A stretch of DNA of 63,850 nucleotides, the filler included, from Nanobdellota archaeon (GTDB lineage Archaea; Nanobdellota; Nanobdellia; B33-G15), in the NCBI GenBank assembly GCA_003660925.1. It is 10 parts of 10 records of this genome, joined end to end, with 100 filler letters (N's around TTAATTAATTAA, not from the genome) between each part and the next. Parts side by side here need not be neighbours in the genome. Positions count along the whole stretch, not along the records: positions 55,470 to 60,505 come from QMVD01000047.1; positions 60,606 to 63,850 come from QMVD01000065.1; 8 more parts are not named here. One strand, written 5' to 3'. Below the pieces are notes generated by a model, which saw only the letters and a program-made list of their open reading frames with translations, was not told where the DNA came from and ran no database searches. Below are positions 57,274 to 63,850 of this stretch, in pieces. How positions within the stretch are numbered: position 1 is the first letter of the stretch; every line of letters starts with the position of its first letter. The position numbers and the translations under genes were made by a program.

Positions 57274-58396
57274 CCATCCTCTTATCCCTGGAGAACCTCA
57301 CCCAAAAATTCTTGTTGAGAACGGATGCTATGGCGCTCAGCACGATCCCCTTGACTCCCTCTTCCAAGCTCAGGCTTCCAAGCGACATGAGGAAGGAAAT
57401 GGATGCCACAACAGGGGAAGAGGCCACTAATCCACCCAAGAGGGAGAAGGCGAGGACGTATTGGGTGAAGTAGGAGGAAATGGCTGAGAGGAAGAAGAAG
57501 GCAAGGGAAAACTTCACGACGGATCTCACCGAAAATGGGGATTCTAGATTTCCCTTGACGTCAGTTGACCTGAACTTATAGAGAGAGATGAACACGAGCA
57601 GAAGGGCAGGGGAGAGGAAGTACTTAGTCAACTCCAAGAGCAAATCCGGTGATGGGAAGGTTATGAAGGCTATGACAACTAGGCTCAACAGCATGGAAAC
57701 GATGGCCATGAGGACTGGGGAGGAGTTCTTCCGCTTGAGGTTTACTGATAGAACATAGGTCGTGGCCTCAGAGTTCACGAAGCCTCCGAAGAAAGCAACC
57801 GCCAAGGCCCCTCTCTCCTTCAAGATCCTCCCGAGCACGAAGGCTAGGAATTGGACCACGGAGATGGAAACCACTATGACCCAAAACCTGTAGGGATTGA
57901 AGAAGCCAAAATAGGTTTGATCGGGTAACAGAGGAAACACTACGAAGGCGATGATGGCGAACTTGATAGCGGACTTGACTTCCTCCGCGTTTAAGTGCTT
58001 CACGAAGACGTGCATCTCCTCTCTCGTGGCGAGGATGAAAGTGATCAACACAGTCATGATCGTGGCCATCACGTATTCTCCCATGCCACACAAGAGTCCT
58101 ATGAAGAAGAGGAGAATGCCCGCGGTGAAGGTGGTGATCCCCCTAGCCCCGCTTTCCTTGAACCTCAAGAAGTAGGAAGAAGAGAGGGCGAGCAAAACGC
58201 CTAAGAATCCTAAGTAAATGGGAATATCTCCTAGGATAGGTCTCATTTGGACGACCAATGCCCCCAAAGAACATATGAGGATGGAGGTCCTTATTCCCAG
58301 CAGCAACTTCTTCTTTTGCACTTCTCTTCTGAATTCCCTCTCCATTCCTAAGAAGGCTCCGAGGGCCATGGCGAGCAAGATGGCAAAAGCGTCCAT
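57206..58396 (-). CDS. MgtC/SapB-DUF4010 family membrane protein
   Basis: G.ERE, G.RT, G.TT, P.LPD, NP...W..VV. Confidence 0.85.
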   Translation of the reverse strand: MDAFAILLAMALGAFLGMEREFRREVQKKKLLLGIRTSILICSLGALVVQMRPILGDIPIYLGFLGVLLALSSSYFLRFKESGARGITTFTAGILLFFIGLLCGMGEYVMATIMTVLITFILATREEMHVFVKHLNAEEVKSAIKFAIIAFVVFPLLPDQTYFGFFNPYRFWVIVVSISVVQFLAFVLGRILKERGALAVAFFGGFVNSEATTYVLSVNLKRKNSSPVLMAIVSMLLSLVVIAFITFPSPDLLLELTKYFLSPALLLVFISLYKFRSTDVKGNLESPFSVRSVVKFSLAFFFLSAISSYFTQYVLAFSLLGGLVASSPVVASISFLMSLGSLSLEEGVKGIVLSAIASVLNKNFWVRFSRDKRMVKETLIYTLLASLLLGIELLVF

Positions 58397-58430
58397 AAGA
58401 TTTATTTAAGGACGCCAGTTTAAATGGATT

Positions 58431-58637
58431 ATGAAAATCGCTTTGTTGCAGCTCCCAGATGGCCTGAAGCCGAGATTTGAGGAGTTCGTGAAAGAGTTGG
58501 AAGAGAAAGGTTACTTCGTGCTCGTGTGGGGAGGCACTAACTTCGGGGCTTGTGACATTCCTCTCCTCCCCGATAACTTGAAGGACATCACGATATTCAA
58601 CGTGGGGCATAACGAGTTCCCACCCAAGGTGGATTAG
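58431..58637 (+). CDS. Mini-protein matching the N-terminal domain of diphthamide synthase Dph2
   Basis: LQLPDGLK, FGACD, GH; only 68 aa. Confidence 0.75.
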   Translation: MKIALLQLPDGLKPRFEEFVKELEEKGYFVLVWGGTNFGACDIPLLPDNLKDITIFNVGHNEFPPKVD

Positions 58638-59270
58638 ATGGTAGTTGGGATAGATGAAGCGGGAAGGGGTTCTTTCGTCGGGCCCTTGGTCATATGCGGG
58701 GTCGAGCTAGACCAAAGAGGGATGAGGAAGTTAAGGGAAGATGGGGTGAAGGACTCGAAGCTCCTCTCTAGCAAGAGGAGGGAGGAACTCGCCAAGAAGA
58801 TAAGAAAGGTGGCGAAGAAGGTAACTTACGAAGTGATAAGTGCCCAGGAGATAGATGAGAGGATGAGCGTCGGGACGAACTTGAACGCCATAGAGGCGAT
58901 TCACATGGCCAAGATAATTAACAAGATGAGGCCGAGGAAGGTGATCATAGATGCTCCAAGCGGAGTGAAGAAGTTCAGGGAGGTCTTGGAAAAGTACTTG
59001 GAGGTGAAACCTAAAATGGTCCTAGAACACAAGGCTGATCAAAAGTATGTGGTGGTCTCAGCAGCGAGCATACTGGCGAAGGTGAGGAGGGATAAGGAGT
59101 TGAGGAAGATAGAGAAGGAGACTGGGGTGAAACTAGGTGTGGGATATCCCCACGATGAGGTGTGCATAAACGGGGTCAAGAACCACATGAAGGCCCTGAA
59201 AAAATATATAAGGCATAAGTGGAGCACCTATGGGAGGATAACCCAAAGGAGGCTGGAGGAATATGGTTAG
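58638..59270 (+). CDS. rnhB: Ribonuclease HII
   Basis: GIDEAGRG, DSK.L, KAD....VSAASILAKV.RD, GYP.D; PIP-like QRRLEEY. Confidence 0.96.
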   Translation: MVVGIDEAGRGSFVGPLVICGVELDQRGMRKLREDGVKDSKLLSSKRREELAKKIRKVAKKVTYEVISAQEIDERMSVGTNLNAIEAIHMAKIINKMRPRKVIIDAPSGVKKFREVLEKYLEVKPKMVLEHKADQKYVVVSAASILAKVRRDKELRKIEKETGVKLGVGYPHDEVCINGVKNHMKALKKYIRHKWSTYGRITQRRLEEYG

Positions 59271-60402
59271 GTTCGTGCACTTCGGGGACACTCATCTGGG
59301 GAGGAGGAACTTCAAGTTGGAGGAAAGGGAAAGAGACTTTGAAGAGGCCTTCAAACAAGTCATAGACTTCGCCATAAGGAAAAAAGTGGACTTCGTCATC
59401 CACTCAGGAGACATCTTCGACACCGGGAGGCCGAGGTACAGGGTGGTGAACTTCCTCGTCTCCCAACTCTTGAGGTTGAAGAGGGAGGGCATCCCTTTCT
59501 TCACCATTCCAGGTTCCCATGATGTAGCGCCCGATGGCACCTTGTTATCTACTTTACACAAAGTGGGCCTGCTGAAGAACCTGGGGGAGGAGGAATACTT
59601 CGAGAAGAGAGGGGAGGAAATAATACTCCGTGGTGAGTCCTATAAGGGTGTCTTCATAGCCGGGATCCCTGGCAGGAGGGCTAACATCTCCAAATTTTAC
59701 GAGAAACTGAGGCCCGAGTTGAAGGGGGATTTCAGGATACTCATCTTCCATCACATAATATCCGACATATCCGGTAAGTTCTCGGATATAGAGAAAGAGG
59801 TGTTGCCAAGAGGCTTTGATTACTATGCTGGAGGACACTGGCACTCCAGGTTCGAGACGAGTTTTAACGGGAAGCCTGTGGTTTACCCTGGTTCCACCGA
59901 GGTGTGGGACGTGAGGGAAGTGGGGGAGAAGGGGTTCTTCTACGTGGAAGACGGGAGGAGGGAATGGATACCCCTGAAGACGAGGAAATTCGTGGAGCTC
60001 GTGGTGAACTGCGACGATTTGACTCCAAGTGAAGTGAACGAGAAGGTGAAGGAACAGATGAAACCGAACGATGGGGCCATCCTGTTGATAAGGTTGAAGG
60101 GAAGGTTGAAGGGGGGGAGCAAGGCGGAGATAAACAGGAAAGGGATCATGGACGCTGCCTCGGAGAAGGGATATCTCTACGCCAACATATACACTTCAGA
60201 ACTCTTGAACCCAGAAGAGGCACAGGTGTCCTTGGAGAACAAGAGCCTCCAGGAGATAGAGAAGGAATATCTTGAGAAGAAGGGTTACGAAGGGAAGAAA
60301 TTGGAGATAGGGATGAAGCTCATAGAGCTGTTCGGAAAGAAGCTCACGGCCTCCGAAATAGAAGTTAATAAGAAGAAGTTGTTCGGGATGCTAGGGCTAT
60401 GA
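59263..60402 (+). CDS. mre11: Mre11 DNA repair nuclease
   Basis: D.HLG, GDIFD, GSHD, Y.A.GHWH, YPGS; followed by rad50. Confidence 0.92.
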   Translation: MVRFVHFGDTHLGRRNFKLEERERDFEEAFKQVIDFAIRKKVDFVIHSGDIFDTGRPRYRVVNFLVSQLLRLKREGIPFFTIPGSHDVAPDGTLLSTLHKVGLLKNLGEEEYFEKRGEEIILRGESYKGVFIAGIPGRRANISKFYEKLRPELKGDFRILIFHHIISDISGKFSDIEKEVLPRGFDYYAGGHWHSRFETSFNGKPVVYPGSTEVWDVREVGEKGFFYVEDGRREWIPLKTRKFVELVVNCDDLTPSEVNEKVKEQMKPNDGAILLIRLKGRLKGGSKAEINRKGIMDAASEKGYLYANIYTSELLNPEEAQVSLENKSLQEIEKEYLEKKGYEGKKLEIGMKLIELFGKKLTASEIEVNKKKLFGMLGL

Positions 60403-60505
60403 GGATAAGGAGGGTGATCCTGGAGAACATAAGGTCTCACAAGTACACGGAGGTGTGCTTCGACGATGGGATAACCGTGATCTCGGGGAGGACGGGGTCA
60501 GGGAA
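60399..60505 (+). CDS. rad50: Rad50 ATPase, N-terminal fragment (not in ORF track)
   Basis: MRIRRVILENIRSHKYTEVCFDDGITVISGRTGSG, running into Walker A. Confidence 0.88.
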
Positions 60506-60605
60506 NNNNNNNNNNNNNNNNNNNNNNNNNNNNNNNNNNNNNNNNNNNNTTAATTAATTAANNNNNNNNNNNNNNNNNNNNNNNNNNNNNNNNNNNNNNN
60601 NNNNN
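60506..60605. other. Artificial contig linker
   Basis: N44-TTAATTAATTAA-N44. Confidence 0.99.
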
Positions 60606-63600
60606 GTAAAGTTGAAGGTCCTGGACCAGCCTCCTGAGTCTGGGGTGACATCCGCGTATTTCAGTTCTGGGACCTTAGTGAGGTTGAAGGCATAGGAATA
60701 GATCGTCGTCCCGTTGTTGAAGTAACTCTTATTTGAAAACATGGTGACGTTGTAGACGCCCGCCACGGCTGAGGAGGAGTCCCATTGACAGACGTAGAGG
60801 TTGCCGGAAGTGTTGGTGACCCAGCCAGAGGATGGACAGTAATCCGTGAAGCTACCGCTCTTCAATTCGAACCTGACGCTGGCACCAATGACGGGGGCTC
60901 CACAATCATCGTATATTTCTCCCTTTAAGGTTATGAGGGTGCCAACCACGAACGTCTCGTTTATTGGAGAGAGGTAGGTGTTGTTCAGATCTCCGTAAAT
61001 TAGGATGGAAAAGACGTTGCTCGTCGCGTTCTTATAGTACAACGCATTGTTCACATTCATCTTCCAACTCTGATTGCCTGCCTCGTAACTGCAATTCGGG
61101 TTGAAATCCAAGTAAAAGTGCGTCTCGTTCTTGTTCTCCTGTTCCTCGAGCCAAGAGGAACCATTCCACACGTAGGAGTGGAAGTTGTTCAGGTCTATGT
61201 CTGTCGTGTAGTTACTTAGGTCTAAATCCCACGCCTGCGTGACCAATCTCACGGTGTTGTTGGGCCTTGAATCACTCCTATTAACTGAGATGCCATCTCC
61301 TGAGGAGAGGTTTATGGACAGATCGTCTCTTTCCACGATGAGGATCAAGTCACTGGTGTTTTGGTACACCCCGCTCTCGCTCGTGGCATTGAACCTGAAA
61401 TACCACGTGTCTATGTTGTATTTCGTGAAGTTCTTCTGATAGAAGTAAGTGAAGTTACTGCAGTAGCTGCACGTGGTGTAGTTCTCTATGTACCAATCAA
61501 CGGTCGAATTCTTGAGCCATAGGTAAATGGTGGTCGTGGTGTTGTCCACGTTAGTGACGTTGACTGTGAAGTTGAAGGGGCTCTCCCCCCATCCTCCTGG
61601 GTTCGGAGAGGCTTGTGGATTATCCAATTGTGGGATGCTCGCCAGGAAGAAGGCATTCTCAAGGAAGAAGGTCCCGTTCCAGTACTTGCCACCAGCATGG
61701 GTGGCTATCATGGTGACGTTGTACCAACCCAGTGGGGCGCTTTCGTCCGGATTCCACGTGTACACGTAGTAATTTCCTGAAGTCGTTGCAGTGAACGTTT
61801 GAACGTAGTTCCCGTTCTGGACTTTGAAATAAACTGGGAAGTTGTTCACGTCCGTTTTTTGGTTTCCACAATCATCGAAGACAGTTCCATTGAATTGGAT
61901 CAAGTAGTTGTACTGATCATCTCTTGTGTAGTTCATAGAACCGTCAGGGCTCAGCAAATTAGCAGTTAACTCCCCCATCAAGGTGAAGTTCGTCTTGGCG
62001 CTCTCATTATCCTTTATGTAGGGATCCCCTGAGGTCGCGCCATACCAAGAGTGCACGCCCAGGTAATACTTGGTCTCATCAGAACACCAATCAGAGTTGG
62101 ACATGGTCCTGTTTATCCACCCGTTCGTGGAGGAGAGTATAGGAGGTGAGCTCTCGAACGTGTCCACGTCGAATATGGATATGAATATCTTGCCCGTGGT
62201 TCCATCAGGATAACTCTCGTTGTCCGTGTCATATATCCTGATTGAAAACGTGGAGGAAGAGCTCCTGTTCACTATTGCGTCTTGAACGGGAATGATGTTC
62301 GTGACCTGGACATCGTCCTTCTCCACCGTATAAGTGTGCCCGTATATCTCAGAATTACCATCTTCATTGCTCGCGTTGAACTTGAACTCCCACGTGCTTA
62401 TGTTCTGCGGTTGATAATCGTATGTGAAGTTCATTTGTGTCCATTGCAGGCAGTCCTCACAGAGGGAGTAGTTTATCAACTGCCACGTTTCCCCCACCTT
62501 CCTGTGCCAAGCATAGACCGTAACGTTCCTCCCGAACCTGTCCCTGACCATGACGGTGAAGTTGAACTCCTCCCCCCATCCCCCGACCGTCTCAGAGGAG
62601 TTCCCATCGATGAGCAGGGTGGCGTTCTCGAGCAGTGGGACATAGGAGTATACCTTCACCTTCGCGAACAAGTCTTGGGTCTCGTTGAACAGTTTCCCGT
62701 AGTTCCAGATGTAAGCTATCTTGGTGAGGTTGAGGGTGGTATTTGGGTTATAGGTGGCGGACGCTTCCGAATAGAGGCCGAAGAGCCTATCCGTGTTCCT
62801 GAAACTCCATTGGTCGTATTCGGGTATCGAATAGTTTATGCTGTGATTTATATTAACCGCACTGAAGAAGTGCCCCCCATAGACGACGAAGGTATCTCCA
62901 AAATCATTCGTGGTGTTTATCCTGTACTGAGAAACCGTCACGTTGTACCCGGAGGAGTTCATCAAGAAGTACACAGCAAACCAACCCATCCTCTCGTAAG
63001 GCTTGTTTGGATGCTGGAATGTGTGTGTTATGGACTTGCCACATGACTCTCCTTGACAGGTGTAGTTGACGATGTCTTCGTAATAAGTTGAGTTGACGGT
63101 ATTCCTGACTCCATATGGCTTGAAGACCATCTTCCCCAATTTCGTGCAGTTGAGTGTGAAATTCAGTTCTGCGGTCTCTCTCACCCCTATTTGAGGCAAT
63201 GTCCACTCTATGATCCTCGATTGCTCGTCCCAAGAGCCATCGGTCCACGTAACATTACAGGAACTCGGGATCGGGAGGGAAACGTTCCACCCTACAGCGG
63301 GCACGTCCCCTATGTTCCTCACGATTAACGTGAAGTTGTACGTCTTGTTCGGTTGCACGCTCCTCGGCTCGTACCAAGGGTACTCGCTCTGCTGTTCTAC
63401 TTGCAAGTCATACTCCAAGTGGGATTCAGAGGTGTAGTTATAAGTGTGAACCTCAAAGTCATCAAATTCTTCGAAGTTGAAGTCATCATAGCTCAAGTTC
63501 CATTTCAAATATCCTGTTGTTGGATAAACCGGAGGTGCTTTCACTTGGTAAGTTGCTATGACGTACTTGTTCACCTCGAGGGGGGCGATCACCCAAGTTA

Positions 63601-63850
63601 TAAGGTTGTTCTCAAGGTCCACAGATGCGGATATTAACTCGACGTCCCCTAGCAAGGACGGGTTAGCTGGCGTCCATCCAGCGCTCAAGTTCTCCACAAT
63701 GGTTATGTTTGAGTAAGTGTCCACGCACCCCCTGTTGTGTATGACGAGGGCTGACTCAAAGACAGAGTCCTTCGCCATATATTTTGGGGTCTCCCTGATC
63801 ACTTCCAGCACGGACTGGTTTCTGTTGGATATGTTAAACTGTCTGAAGTA
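60606..63850 (-). CDS. Giant repetitive extracellular glycoprotein (both ends missing)
   Basis: >1080 codons open across the contig; N/T/S/Y-rich, many sequons, DUF11-like modules, GGW-anchored repeats. Confidence 0.88.

Noticed and set aside
1..63850. CRISPR arrays, transposases, integrases, proviral genes, rRNA, stop-codon recoding
   Set aside because: None recognised by eye; recognised genes end at ordinary stops at expected lengths

Overview
This is not continuous chromosome. It is ten archaeal contigs (7548, 7147, 7122, 6972, 6931, 6894, 6744, 5311, 5036 and >=3245 bp, in descending size) joined by artificial 100-bp linkers (N44-TTAATTAATTAA-N44), as in a concatenated MAG/SAG. Gene content and style point to a streamlined, probably thermophilic DPANN archaeon: a fused PriS-PriL primase, trimmed proteins, overlapping genes, K/E/R-rich proteins and a giant surface protein. 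Housekeeping content includes ftsZ-secE-spt5-L11, L1-P0-P1, S19e-L39e-L31e-LX-pfdA-ftsY-srp54, L21e-rpo4-DUF655, mcm-RPA-aIF2b, aIF1A-rio1-KH-top6B/A, primase-GINS-L44e-S27e-aIF2a-nop10-PAC2-EndoQ, rnhB-mre11-rad50, an oapABC-like cluster, tRNA-Asn and a probable structural-RNA end. Accessory content includes two type IV pilus loci, surface proteins and a sulfate-activation cluster. That cluster is the best candidate for an undescribed system: YVDPGTG membrane peptide, AlkP/NPP enzyme, RHH protein, CysD, CysN and a membrane-anchored Thr-type sulfatase-like protein, with a shared KLRxLGY C-terminus on the RHH protein and CysD. Other highlights are an inverted L1-binding-like hairpin over the rpl1 Shine-Dalgarno, an apparently leaderless tRNA promoter, a large non-intein insertion in Top6B, a 68-aa Dph2 fragment gene and an Ig-domain-fused pilus platform protein. 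All assignments are by motif recognition; no searches were run.
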